NCBI GenBank assembly: GCA_964557005.1
Contig: CAZKYI010000002.1
Span: 129,526 to 193,525, forward strand
Direction of reading: 5' to 3'
Origin: an uncultured Pseudomonadales bacterium
Lineage (GTDB): Bacteria > Pseudomonadota > Gammaproteobacteria > Pseudomonadales > JBECKS01
Length of the DNA: 64,000 nucleotides
Below the pieces are notes generated by a model, which was not told the DNA's origin, did not search any database, and saw only the letters and a program-made list of their open reading frames with translations. Positions 9,064-18,420 of this stretch are shown in pieces (positions within the stretch are counted from its first letter, which is position 1; every line of letters begins with the position of its first letter). The position numbers and the translations under genes are program-made.

Positions 9064-9696
9064 ATGAATTCCAGCAACCGTTTTTCACCGACCTACCTGA
9101 ATGCAAAGGCGCGACGCAATTCACGCATCAAGATTGACAAAGTATTCAGGCGTGGTGCTGCAGGCGATGCGTTATGGAAGGGGCTGTTCCCACAAACGCT
9201 TGCGAGCCTGCCTGAAAATCGCAAGCGCGATATTCTCGACAAGAATTCACTCACCCAACGCCTCATCAGAAAAAGTCAGGGCGAGTTTGAAGTACAAATA
9301 GTCAGTCAGGGATTTCAGCGCCCTGAGTTCAGCGAATGGCGGCGACTGGGTTTGAAGAATCGCCAGCTCGCCTTGCTGCGTTCGGTGAAGCTTTGCGGCA
9401 AAGGTGAAGTGTGGGTGCTGGCGCGCAGCGTGATTCCGTTATCGACCTTGCGTGGAAAAACCCGCTACCTCGCCAGTTTGGGTACCAAACCTTTGGGTGC
9501 GGTGTTGTTCAGGGACCCAAGCCTTGGCAGAGCGATGTTTGAAATCTGTGAAGTTCATTTGGCGCAGCTACCGAAATTTCAGCCACTGCCTGAATCGACA
9601 AAAGGCTGGGGAAGGCGCTCGGTGTTTTTGTTACACAACAAACCTTTGCTGGTGGCTGAAATCTTTCTTGAAAATTGTCCGGTGTTGTCGGATTAG
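9064..9696 (+). CDS. ubiC: chorismate pyruvate-lyase
   Basis: LTQRL...[23 protein letters not shown] is UbiC-like, and the gene sits immediately upstream of ubiA. The N-terminal ~40 aa are extra, so the start is uncertain. Confidence 0.7.
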   Translation: MNSSNRFSPTYLNAKARRNSRIKIDKVFRRGAAGDALWKGLFPQTLASLPENRKRDILDKNSLTQRLIRKSQGEFEVQIVSQGFQRPEFSEWRRLGLKNRQLALLRSVKLCGKGEVWVLARSVIPLSTLRGKTRYLASLGTKPLGAVLFRDPSLGRAMFEICEVHLAQLPKFQPLPESTKGWGRRSVFLLHNKPLLVAEIFLENCPVLSD

Positions 9697-9715
9697 CCGT
9701 TATACTCCTGCGCCT

Positions 9716-10621
9716 ATGAATTCAACACCCTTGCTGACAGTGATTAAGAAACGTGTCGATACACTTCATCCGCATATTTGGGATTTTGTGGAACTGGTTC
9801 GGCTCGATAAGCCGATTGGCATTCTGTTATTACTTTGGCCAACTGCGTGGGCTTTGTGGATTGCAGGTGATGGCCAGCCGGGCATGCGCCTGTGTGCGAT
9901 ATTTTTTGCAGGTGTGGTTTTGATGCGTTGTGCAGGCTGTGCCATCAATGATTTTGCAGATCGCCATTTTGACGGCAGGGTAAAACGAACACAACAACGA
10001 CCTTTGGTGACAGGGCGTATGCGTGCCTGGGAAGCGTTGGCTTGTGCAGCAGGTTTGACCGTAGTTGCCTTCATTCTGGTTTTGCAGGTCAACATGCTCA
10101 CGGTGTATTGGTCGATGGGAGCGCTGGTTATTGCAAGTATTTATCCTTTTATGAAGCGTTACACGCATTTGCCGCAGGTGGTATTGGGTTGCGCGTTTGC
10201 GTGGTCGGTACCGATGGCGTTTAGTGCCTTGCAGGAAAAAGTGACTGATGAAGCATGGTTAATTTACACGGCGACAGTTTTCTGGACGATTGCCTACGAC
10301 ACCATGTATGCGATGGTTGATCGGGAAGATGATTTGAAAGCAGGCATTAAATCGACCGCGATTTTGTTTGGCGAAGCTGATAAATGGATAATTGGTCTGT
10401 TACAACTTTGTGTTGTCATCAGCCTGATTTTGCTGGCACAAAAACTGGTGTTATCCGTATATTTTTATGCTGCACTGGCAGTGGGCACTTTATTTTTTAT
10501 CTATCAGCAATGGTTGATTAAAGATAGAGATGAGGCTCAGTGTTTCAAGGCGTTTAAAAATAATCACTGGTTTGGGCTGTGTATTTTCGCAGGCATATTT
10601 TTTCACTATCAATTCAGTTGA
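9716..10621 (+). CDS. ubiA: 4-hydroxybenzoate octaprenyltransferase
   Basis: VRLDKPIGILLLLWPTAWALW and NDFADRHFDG are UbiA prenyltransferase Asp-rich motifs, as is YDTMYAMVDREDD. The ATG at 9716 is 20 nt after the ubiC stop. Confidence 0.9.
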   Translation: MNSTPLLTVIKKRVDTLHPHIWDFVELVRLDKPIGILLLLWPTAWALWIAGDGQPGMRLCAIFFAGVVLMRCAGCAINDFADRHFDGRVKRTQQRPLVTGRMRAWEALACAAGLTVVAFILVLQVNMLTVYWSMGALVIASIYPFMKRYTHLPQVVLGCAFAWSVPMAFSALQEKVTDEAWLIYTATVFWTIAYDTMYAMVDREDDLKAGIKSTAILFGEADKWIIGLLQLCVVISLILLAQKLVLSVYFYAALAVGTLFFIYQQWLIKDRDEAQCFKAFKNNHWFGLCIFAGIFFHYQFS

Positions 10622-10624
10622 TGT

Positions 10625-11164
10625 ATGTTGATTCGCATTTTTGACATGTTACAAAAAATCAGTGAGCAGCTTGGAAAAAGCGTGAGCTATTTGTTACTGA
10701 TTATGACTTTGGTGAGTTTTACCATTGTTGTTATCCGCTATGTTTTTAGTACCGGCTCCATCGCTCTGCAGGAATCCATCACCTACTTTCACGCTACCGT
10801 GTTTATTCTGATGGCTGCGTTTACCTTGCAAAAAAATGGTCATGTTCGTGTTGATATTTTTTATCAAAACATGAATCAAAAACAAAAAGCGTGGGTAGAT
10901 ATTTTCGGTTCGGTATTTTTATTGATTCCCTTTTGCATATTCAGTTTCTGGATTTCACTTCCTTATGTTCAGCGTTCGTGGGCGATTGCAGAAAAGTCGG
11001 CAGATGCTGGAGGTATTCCGGCAGTTTTTCTGCTTAAAAGTTTGATTCTTGTATTGGCGATTATTTTGCTTGTGCAAGCGGCGACTGAAATTCTGAAAAA
11101 TATTCTGATGCTGCAAAACAGATTCAAGGCATCTGATAAAACTGACAATCAGGGAGTGATGTAG
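10625..11164 (+). CDS. TRAP transporter small permease (DctQ-like)
   Basis: About 180 aa with four hydrophobic segments. It immediately precedes and abuts the DctM-type large permease. Confidence 0.85.
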   Translation: MLIRIFDMLQKISEQLGKSVSYLLLIMTLVSFTIVVIRYVFSTGSIALQESITYFHATVFILMAAFTLQKNGHVRVDIFYQNMNQKQKAWVDIFGSVFLLIPFCIFSFWISLPYVQRSWAIAEKSADAGGIPAVFLLKSLILVLAIILLVQAATEILKNILMLQNRFKASDKTDNQGVM

Positions 11165-12531
11165 TGGAGTTTATACCTTTTCTTCTGTTTCTCTCTGTCT
11201 GCATGGTGTTGATGTTAGGGTATCCGGTTGCTTTTTCTCTGGCTGGAACTGCGCTGGCTTTTGCAGGATTTGGTGTGCTGTTTGATGTTTTTGATGTGAG
11301 TTTTTTAAGTGCTTTTCCAAGCCGTGTGTTCGGTATTTTAACCAACCAGACACTGATTGCTGTGCCCTTGTTTGTGTTTATGGGCGTGGTTCTTGAACGC
11401 TCTCGCATAGCAGAAGATTTATTGGAAACCATGACCAAACTGTTTGGAAGATTTCGTGGTGGATTGGCCATTTCAGTGACGCTGGTGGGAGCGCTATTGG
11501 CAGCCAGCACAGGCATTGTTGGTGCAACCGTTGTGACCATGGGCTTGATGTCTTTGCCTACCATGTTGAAGCGTTCTTATAAACCGGAATTTGCAGCGGG
11601 TGTGATTTGTGCAACCGGTACGCTCGGGCAAATTATTCCACCCTCCATTGTTTTGATTTTGTTAGCGGATGTTTTATCCAGCGCTTACCAACAGGCGCAG
11701 TTAAATATGGGAAGTTTTACACCAAAAACGGTGTCGGTGGGTGATTTGTTTCTGGGTGCTTTTTTGCCAGGGCTGCTGCTGGTTGTTCTGTATCTTGTCT
11801 ACATTGTGCTTTATGCCTGGCTAAGACCGCAGGATGCACCAGTGATTCAGGCTGACGATGAAGATGATCCCTTGTGGCCAGATGTTATTAAAAGCCTTTT
11901 GCCGCCCTTGGTGCTGATTGTACTGGTGTTAGGTTCCATTATTGGTGGTTTTGCCACGCCAACAGAGGCCGCTTCTGTCGGCGCTTGTGGTGCCTTGTTT
12001 TTGGCCTTGCTCAAACGACAACTCTCGTTTCCTGTGCTTAAAGATATTCTGCAATCTGCCGGTCAGGTGACCAGCATGGTGTTTATGATACTGATAGGTG
12101 CAGCCCTGTTTTCCATTGTTTTCAGAGCCTATGGTGGTGATGAAATTATTCGCGAGTTTTTTGAATCGATGCCCGGTGGTGTTTTTACGGCCTGTCTGCT
12201 GGTTATGCTGGTTATTTTTCTTTTGGGATTCATTCTCGATTTTATAGAAATAACCTTTGTGGTGATTCCTATTGTGGCACCGATTTTACTGATGATGGGT
12301 GTTGATCCTGTGTGGCTGGGTATCATGATTGCAATCAATTTGCAGACTTCATTTCTGACTCCGCCTTTTGGTTTTGCCTTGTTTTATTTGAGAGGCGTGG
12401 CACCACCTGAACTGGACACACGGCAAATTTATATGGGTGCCGTGCCTTTTATTATCATTCAGTTGTTAACTCTGGGTCTGGTTGCAGGTTTTCCTGCCAT
12501 TGCTACCTGGTTACCTGCTGTATTAAAGTAG
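11164..12531 (+). CDS. TRAP transporter large permease (DctM-like)
   Basis: 455 aa and polytopic. Typical DctM stretches are GYPVAFSLAG, ATGTLGQIIPPS and FGFALFYLRG. Confidence 0.9.
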   Translation: MEFIPFLLFLSVCMVLMLGYPVAFSLAGTALAFAGFGVLFDVFDVSFLSAFPSRVFGILTNQTLIAVPLFVFMGVVLERSRIAEDLLETMTKLFGRFRGGLAISVTLVGALLAASTGIVGATVVTMGLMSLPTMLKRSYKPEFAAGVICATGTLGQIIPPSIVLILLADVLSSAYQQAQLNMGSFTPKTVSVGDLFLGAFLPGLLLVVLYLVYIVLYAWLRPQDAPVIQADDEDDPLWPDVIKSLLPPLVLIVLVLGSIIGGFATPTEAASVGACGALFLALLKRQLSFPVLKDILQSAGQVTSMVFMILIGAALFSIVFRAYGGDEIIREFFESMPGGVFTACLLVMLVIFLLGFILDFIEITFVVIPIVAPILLMMGVDPVWLGIMIAINLQTSFLTPPFGFALFYLRGVAPPELDTRQIYMGAVPFIIIQLLTLGLVAGFPAIATWLPAVLK

Positions 12532-12553
12532 ACAATCGAAGAGGGACAGCTCC

Positions 12554-12949
12554 ATGAATAAATCCAGTGATACATCTGCTCCGCATGGAGAGCTTTGTCT
12601 GAAAATTATTGCTTCTGCGAATGATGCAAACACCATGGGCGATATTTACGCAGGGTGGATTGTTTCGCAGGCCGATCTTGCAGGTTCACTCTTTGCCGAA
12701 CGGCGAGCCTTGGGGCGGGTTGCTACGGTGTCGATTGAATCCATGTCTTTTTTGGCACCTGTCAAACTCGGCAGTACCGTGAGTTTTTATTGTGATTTCA
12801 TCAATATCGGGCGTAGCTCGCTGCAAGTCCATGTGGCTGTGTGGGCGAGTGAAGCCGGTTCTTATGACATGAGAAAAGTGACCGATGGGCAGCTCACATT
12901 TGTAGCGATTGATAAAAATGGAAGAACACGAGCGCTTCCCCAGCGCTAA
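12554..12949 (+). CDS. acyl-CoA thioesterase, hotdog fold (YciA-like)
   Basis: NTMGDIYAGWIVSQADLAG...ATVSIESMSFLAPVKLG is a 4HBT/YciA-like pattern. Confidence 0.75.
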   Translation: MNKSSDTSAPHGELCLKIIASANDANTMGDIYAGWIVSQADLAGSLFAERRALGRVATVSIESMSFLAPVKLGSTVSFYCDFINIGRSSLQVHVAVWASEAGSYDMRKVTDGQLTFVAIDKNGRTRALPQR

Positions 12950-13092
12950 AAAATTTCTGAAAGGATTATTCACTTTCGTCATACCCACAATAACACTTAT
13001 AAATTGTATTTATTAAGTCTGATTCCCTAGTATGCCCGCCAGTGAATGCCATTGCGGCATTTTGTTTTCATCTCTTTTGCAGGTAGATCGTT

Positions 13093-14685
13093 ATGTCTAA
13101 TTACCAATCAGAAATTGCTGCGCTGACTTCTACTGTCCGTGCGAACAAAACCTGGGATGCTATTAATCCTGAATATGCAGCACGTATGCGTATTCAAAAT
13201 CGTTTTAAAACAGGGCTGGATATTGCGCGATACACGGCTGACATCATGCGTAAAGACATGGCACGTTATGATGCGGATAGCGCTCAGTACACACAGTCAC
13301 TCGGTTGCTGGCATGGTTTTATCGGTCAGCAAAAAATGATTTCCATCAAAAAGCATTTCAATAGTACAGACCGACGTTACCTCTACCTTTCAGGCTGGAT
13401 GGTTGCAGCATTACGCTCTGACTTTGGTCCTTTGCCTGATCAAAGCATGCACGAGAAAACTTCGGTAGCCGCTTTGATTGAAGAGCTTTATACCTTCCTG
13501 AGACAAGCAGATGCGAGAGAGTTGGGTGGCTTGTTTCGTGCACTGGATGCAGCACGTGAAGCGGGAAATGCTGCACAGGAAAAAGAAATACAGGCAAAGA
13601 TTGATAATTTCCAGACCCATGTTGTGCCTATTATTGCCGACATTGATGCGGGTTTTGGTAATGCCGAAGCGACTTATTTGCTGGCCAAGAAAATGATTGA
13701 AGCGGGTGCTTGTTGTATCCAGATTGAAAATCAGGTATCTGACGAAAAACAATGTGGTCATCAGGACGGTAAGGTAACCGTTCCACATGAAGATTTTCTT
13801 GCGAAGATTCGTGCGGTTCGTTATGCCTTCCTCGAACTGGGCGTTGATAACGGTGTGATTGTTGCGCGTACCGATTCTTTGGGCGCAGGTTTAACCAAGC
13901 AAATCGCAGTGACCCACAAGCCAGGCGATTTGGGTGACCAGTACAATGCTTTCCTGGATTGTGAAGAAGTCTCTCCACAGAACATGAATAACGGTGACGT
14001 AGTGATTAACCGTGGTGGCAAATTATTGCGACCCAGGCGTTTACCCAGCAATTTGTTCCAGTTCAAAAAGGGAACAGGTGAAGCACGTTGCGTGCTCGAC
14101 TGTATTACTTCCCTGCAAAATGGTGCAGATTTGCTCTGGATTGAAACCGAAAAACCTCATGTGGGTCAGATTGGTGGCATGGTGAATGAAATCCGTAAAG
14201 TGATTCCAAATGCCAAACTGGTTTACAACAACAGCCCTTCATTCAACTGGACCTTGAATTTCCGCCAACAGGTATTCGATGCCTGGCAACAACAAGGCAA
14301 GGATGTATCGGCTTACAAACGTGATAATTTAATGAGCGCAGAATATGACAGCACTGATTTGGGCGTTGAGGCAGATCGCCGTATTCAAACTTTTCAGGCC
14401 GATGCAGCGCGTGAAGCAGGTATTTTCCATCATTTGATTACCTTGCCTACTTATCACACAGCGGCACTGTCAACCGATAATCTGGCAAAAGAGTATTTTG
14501 GTGCACAAGGCATGCTGGGCTATGTCAAAAATGTTCAACGTCAGGAAATCCGTCAGGGTATTGCCTGCGTTAAACATCAAAATATGGCGGGTTCAGATAT
14601 GGGTGATGATCACAAGGAATACTTCTCTGGAGAGGCTGCACTGAAGGCAGCAGGGAAAGACAACACCATGCATCAGTTTGGCTAG
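13093..14685 (+). CDS. aceA: isocitrate lyase, long ~530-aa type
   Basis: Catalytic KQCGH loop (SDEKQCGHQDGK), ADIDAGFGN, and a Pseudomonas-like N-terminus. Confidence 0.95.
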   Translation: MSNYQSEIAALTSTVRANKTWDAINPEYAARMRIQNRFKTGLDIARYTADIMRKDMARYDADSAQYTQSLGCWHGFIGQQKMISIKKHFNSTDRRYLYLSGWMVAALRSDFGPLPDQSMHEKTSVAALIEELYTFLRQADARELGGLFRALDAAREAGNAAQEKEIQAKIDNFQTHVVPIIADIDAGFGNAEATYLLAKKMIEAGACCIQIENQVSDEKQCGHQDGKVTVPHEDFLAKIRAVRYAFLELGVDNGVIVARTDSLGAGLTKQIAVTHKPGDLGDQYNAFLDCEEVSPQNMNNGDVVINRGGKLLRPRRLPSNLFQFKKGTGEARCVLDCITSLQNGADLLWIETEKPHVGQIGGMVNEIRKVIPNAKLVYNNSPSFNWTLNFRQQVFDAWQQQGKDVSAYKRDNLMSAEYDSTDLGVEADRRIQTFQADAAREAGIFHHLITLPTYHTAALSTDNLAKEYFGAQGMLGYVKNVQRQEIRQGIACVKHQNMAGSDMGDDHKEYFSGEAALKAAGKDNTMHQFG

Positions 14686-14721
14686 CACCCGATAGAGTTA
14701 GAACCAGTTGAAGTCAATTTT

Positions 14722-14752
14722 AAAAAAGAGTCGCAAATGCGGCTCTTTTTTT
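14722..14752 (+). terminator. rho-independent terminator after aceA
   Basis: Stem AAAGAGTCGC/GCGGCTCTTT with an AAAT loop, followed by a T-run at 14746-14752. Confidence 0.7.
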
Positions 14753-14794
14753 ATATACAGGAACTTTCAAACCTGAAACACAGAGGGAAGGTAT

Positions 14795-15223
14795 ATGCGA
14801 ATTTTAATCAGCTTATTGATGATGTCTTTGGCATTAACAGCGTGTGAGCAAAAATCTGGCCGCCCTGCAAAAAGCCATGCGGAGCTATTACAGAATCAGG
14901 TGGTGCACGTCAAAACAGAATTGGCAAACTACCGTACCAGAAGAGCCGAAGCGCCCAGAATCTTGCCTGCCGATTTTTCTGAAATCACAGATGAAGAACG
15001 GATGCTTATGAATGAACAAAGAATTCAGTTTCAGGCAGAAAAACACATACTGACGATGAATTTATACAGGCTCAGGGAAGAAGTTTCCATGCAGATCAGT
15101 ATTGCTACAGAGCAGGGAGAAAAAAGCGGATTGGCAGAACTGAAAGCGACCAGGGATGAAATTGAATCCTTGATTAAAGAGCTTGATCCTGACGCAAAGT
15201 TGGCACCAGTTATGGATTATTAA
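14795..15223 (+). CDS. hypothetical lipoprotein
   Basis: Lipobox LALTAC at the end of the signal peptide MRILISLLMMSLALTAC. The rest is rich in charged residues. Confidence 0.5.
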   Translation: MRILISLLMMSLALTACEQKSGRPAKSHAELLQNQVVHVKTELANYRTRRAEAPRILPADFSEITDEERMLMNEQRIQFQAEKHILTMNLYRLREEVSMQISIATEQGEKSGLAELKATRDEIESLIKELDPDAKLAPVMDY

Positions 15224-15638
15224 GCTGGTTGGCGACTAACATACCAGTCAACATGGCTGCAACAAATACAAAGGAATGTATATCCAGTCCTGCCAGTGAA
15301 GCCAGTGCAGGGCCAGGGCAATAACCATACAAACCCCAGCCTGCACCAAAGATCATGGCACCAATAACAAGAGGCCTGTCGATGCGGGTTTTCGTCGGCA
15401 GGGAAAACTGTCCGGCTGAAACCGGTTTATCCTTTTTAAGAATGATGGCGTATCCGATAGACGTAATGATTAACGCGCTGCACATAACCAGCATAAGCGC
15501 AGGATTCCAGTCACCACTAATATCCAGAAATCCGAGCACAACTTGTGGATCGGTCATTCCTGAAAATGCCAACCCCAGGCCAAACAGCAAGCCTGCCAAT
15601 AAATACATTGTGGCGTTCACAAGCGCATTAAATGACAT
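15210..15638 (-). CDS. YeeE/YedE-family half-size membrane protein (sulfur-compound transport component)
   Basis: GLAFSGMTDPQVVLGFLD and GAGWGLYGYCPGPA motifs. It is paired with a second half-size gene. Confidence 0.75.
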   Translation of the reverse strand: MSFNALVNATMYLLAGLLFGLGLAFSGMTDPQVVLGFLDISGDWNPALMLVMCSALIITSIGYAIILKKDKPVSAGQFSLPTKTRIDRPLVIGAMIFGAGWGLYGYCPGPALASLAGLDIHSFVFVAAMLTGMLVANQLNNP

Positions 15639-16062
15639 GACGAATCGCTCCTGTAGCTAACATACCAAACAACATAAAAACAAAAGTTGCAGTCAGTGAT
15701 CTGAATGAAAAACGGCTAATGCCACAGACACCATGCCCGCTGGTGCAACCTGAACCCAGTTTGGTACCAAACCCGACCAGAAAGCCGCTGATGATTGCCA
15801 GAGGCATTGATGCGACAGGCGATGGAAATTCGGTTTTGGAAACCGAGTAATACAAGGCAGCACCGATAATCAAACCTGCAACAAACAGCCAGGAAAAAAT
15901 CGAAGAGCGTTCTCCTTTTATTTGTGCAAGTTGATTAACACCTGAAAATAATATGCCGGAAATTCCGGTTATCCGGCCAAAAAAAAGCATCATCACCAGA
16001 GCACTTGTGCCAATCAGTGCACCACCTAACAGGGCATTTATATATTCAGTCATTATTATCAC
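15628..16062 (-). CDS. YeeE/YedE-family half-size membrane protein
   Basis: GRITGISGI and GSGCTSGHGVCG, the conserved Cys loop of YeeE/YedE. Confidence 0.8.
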   Translation of the reverse strand: MIIMTEYINALLGGALIGTSALVMMLFFGRITGISGILFSGVNQLAQIKGERSSIFSWLFVAGLIIGAALYYSVSKTEFPSPVASMPLAIISGFLVGFGTKLGSGCTSGHGVCGISRFSFRSLTATFVFMLFGMLATGAIRHVI

Positions 16063-16763
16063 GCTTCCATTTTAATTTGGCCGCAGGCTTTGTTTGCCGG
16101 AACAGCAATATCAATAAATTTCGGGTTGGGTAACACAAGTTTTTTCATTTGTGCAACAAAGGCAGCTTTGTCTTTGCCAACGACTCTTGGATTGAATCGT
16201 TTTTCTTCCCCGATGGTGCTTACGTTTCGGCCTTTGTAATCATGTGCCGGATACACGAGTGTTGTATCAGGAAATGCAAATAGTTTTTGCAGACTGTCAA
16301 ATAAATTTTCTGCATTTCCATTCTGAAAATCGGTACGCCCCGTGCCTCTTGCGAACAGCGTATCGCCAGTGAATAAATAGAATTGCTGATTTTCCACCAG
16401 CAGAAAACTATAGGAATCGTCTGTATGGCCAGGTGTTGCGATGGCTTTGAGAGACAAGTCGCCAACTGTAATTATGTCATCATTCTTGAAAGTGTTTGAT
16501 GCACAGGCAACTTTTGATTCAACAGCGCTGAAAGTTTCACAGCCAAAAATCTCACGTAGTTTTCCTGCGCCGGTAATGTGATCAGCATGCACATGTGTTT
16601 CGAGAGATTTAACCAGTTTCAAATCAAACTCTTCGAGATATTGTTTAATGAGTTCAACTTGTGAAAGCACAGAATCAATAATCAAGGCTTGTCTGGTTTT
16701 TTCACACGCAATTAAATAACTGAAAGACCAGGTTTCGTAATCAAAAAGTTGTCTGAAAAACAT
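16059..16763 (-). CDS. MBL-fold persulfide dioxygenase (ETHE1/Blh-like)
   Basis: HVHADH metal motif, ATPGHTDDS, FTGDTLF..GTGRTDFQNG and YPAHDY. This is the ETHE1-type pattern. Confidence 0.8.
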   Translation of the reverse strand: MFFRQLFDYETWSFSYLIACEKTRQALIIDSVLSQVELIKQYLEEFDLKLVKSLETHVHADHITGAGKLREIFGCETFSAVESKVACASNTFKNDDIITVGDLSLKAIATPGHTDDSYSFLLVENQQFYLFTGDTLFARGTGRTDFQNGNAENLFDSLQKLFAFPDTTLVYPAHDYKGRNVSTIGEEKRFNPRVVGKDKAAFVAQMKKLVLPNPKFIDIAVPANKACGQIKMEA

Positions 16764-16778
16764 AAATTCACCCAAAAA

Positions 16779-17606
16779 TTAAAATAGCTGGAAATATCTC
16801 GCAAGCACAAGCCCCGAAAGCATAATCATGGTGACAGAGAATATTTTTTGCAGCGTAGCACCGACCAGATACTTGCCAAAAAATAACCCCGATAACATGC
16901 CAATCAAGCCGCCAAAACTGAGTTGAACAACGAGTTGATTGACAACAAAATTGCCCTGGAGAAAGTGTGCAAACAATGCACTCAGGCTCACAAAAGCAAT
17001 CACAGGCAAAGAAGTTGCCACCGCCTGCTGGATGGTAATGCCTGTCAGAAACATCAGTGTTGGCACAATGATGAAACCACCTCCCACGCCAAATAGCCCC
17101 GATAAAACACCTGTTAGACTGGCACCCACAAACATGCCTGCAAAACATCGTGGCCCAAACTGGAATTCCTGTTTGTGATTCATGCGACAGTAGGCACCAT
17201 TATTCTCTTCGAAATTTTTATATTGGGCACGGGCAACACTTGATTGTTCCGGTGTGGTGGTGGCTTGTTTCCACATGCGCCATGCCACATAAAAAACGAT
17301 GGCGGTAAAACCGCCTAACACCAACTCTGGCGCAAGCATCCTGTTAAAATAACCACCCAGCGGTGTAAATAAAGAACCGATGAGCATAAACATCAAAGCA
17401 GGAAGCCAGACAATTGATTTTCCACCAAGCCGTGTTACGGTGCCAAACAATGCACTTGTAGCGACAGCACTTAAGGCAACAACGGCTGCTTCTTTGGGGT
17501 CAAGCCCTAACAAAAGTATTAACAAGGGGAGGGCAAAAATTGACCCGCCAGCTCCGGTCAGACCAAGCACCAGACCGATAATGATTCCTGTAGCAAGTGC
17601 CAGCAT
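16779..17606 (-). CDS. TauE/SafE-family sulfite or anion exporter
   Basis: Polytopic 275-aa protein with repeated G(A)GGG(S)I(F) motifs (LTGAGGSIFALPLL and GLFGVGGGFIIVPTL). Confidence 0.8.
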   Translation of the reverse strand: MLALATGIIIGLVLGLTGAGGSIFALPLLILLLGLDPKEAAVVALSAVATSALFGTVTRLGGKSIVWLPALMFMLIGSLFTPLGGYFNRMLAPELVLGGFTAIVFYVAWRMWKQATTTPEQSSVARAQYKNFEENNGAYCRMNHKQEFQFGPRCFAGMFVGASLTGVLSGLFGVGGGFIIVPTLMFLTGITIQQAVATSLPVIAFVSLSALFAHFLQGNFVVNQLVVQLSFGGLIGMLSGLFFGKYLVGATLQKIFSVTMIMLSGLVLARYFQLF

Positions 17607-17608
17607 GA

Positions 17609-17866
17609 TTATAAATACTTGGATAACAACAGGGTTATGCTGTCTTTATCCATCGGTGAAGACTTTGTTTCCTGTATGTGTTCTTCAATCATGCAGGTTA
17701 ACAGTAGATGATGACTTTTTTCGAGCGCCTTTCTGGCAGCAGTCATTTGCTGGGCAATTTTTTCGCAATCAGCTTCTTCTGCGATAAGTTTTTGCACGCC
17801 GCGTAATTGCCCTTCCACTCTCGCGATGCGTTTTAAAATCTGGTCTTTGGTCGTTTGTGCAGTCAT
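17609..17866 (-). CDS. CsoR/RcnR/FrmR-family metal- or persulfide-sensing repressor
   Basis: ILKRIARVEGQLRGVQKLI..DCEKIAQQ..AARKAL is the DUF156 signature. There are two Cys, C34 and C58. The start at MTAQ (17866) has a GGAGAA RBS. Confidence 0.85.
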   Translation of the reverse strand: MTAQTTKDQILKRIARVEGQLRGVQKLIAEEADCEKIAQQMTAARKALEKSHHLLLTCMIEEHIQETKSSPMDKDSITLLLSKYL

Positions 17867-17882
17867 TGTGTTTCTCCATTTC

Positions 17883-17909
17883 CATATACTATACCCCCTA
17901 TGGTATATG
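17883..17909. promoter_or_regulatory. candidate CsoR-family operator overlapping the operon promoter
   Basis: CATATACTATA-CCCCC-TATGGTATATG is a 10/11 inverted repeat. It contains a perfect ATACC-N6-GGTAT and lies 17-43 nt upstream of the repressor start. Confidence 0.6.
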
Positions 17910-17939
17910 AAAGCAAGCCTGCCGATACAAATTGCGGGC

Positions 17940-17966
17940 AAAAAAAAGCCGGAGCAAGTCCGGCTT
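17940..17966 (-). terminator. rho-independent terminator after glnB
   Basis: Stem AAGCCGGA/TCCGGCTT with a GCAAG loop, followed by a run of 8 T on the minus strand. Confidence 0.8.
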
Positions 17967-17988
17967 CCTGTAGCAGTTTCTTGTCGTT

Positions 17989-18420
<432 letters not shown>

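Noticed and set aside
9452-9715. An 88-codon N-terminal extension of ubiA, overlapping the ubiC 3' end, as listed in the ORF track.
   Set aside because: The extension overlaps ubiC in another frame and is not UbiA-like. The ATG at 9716 gives a canonical ~300-aa UbiA.
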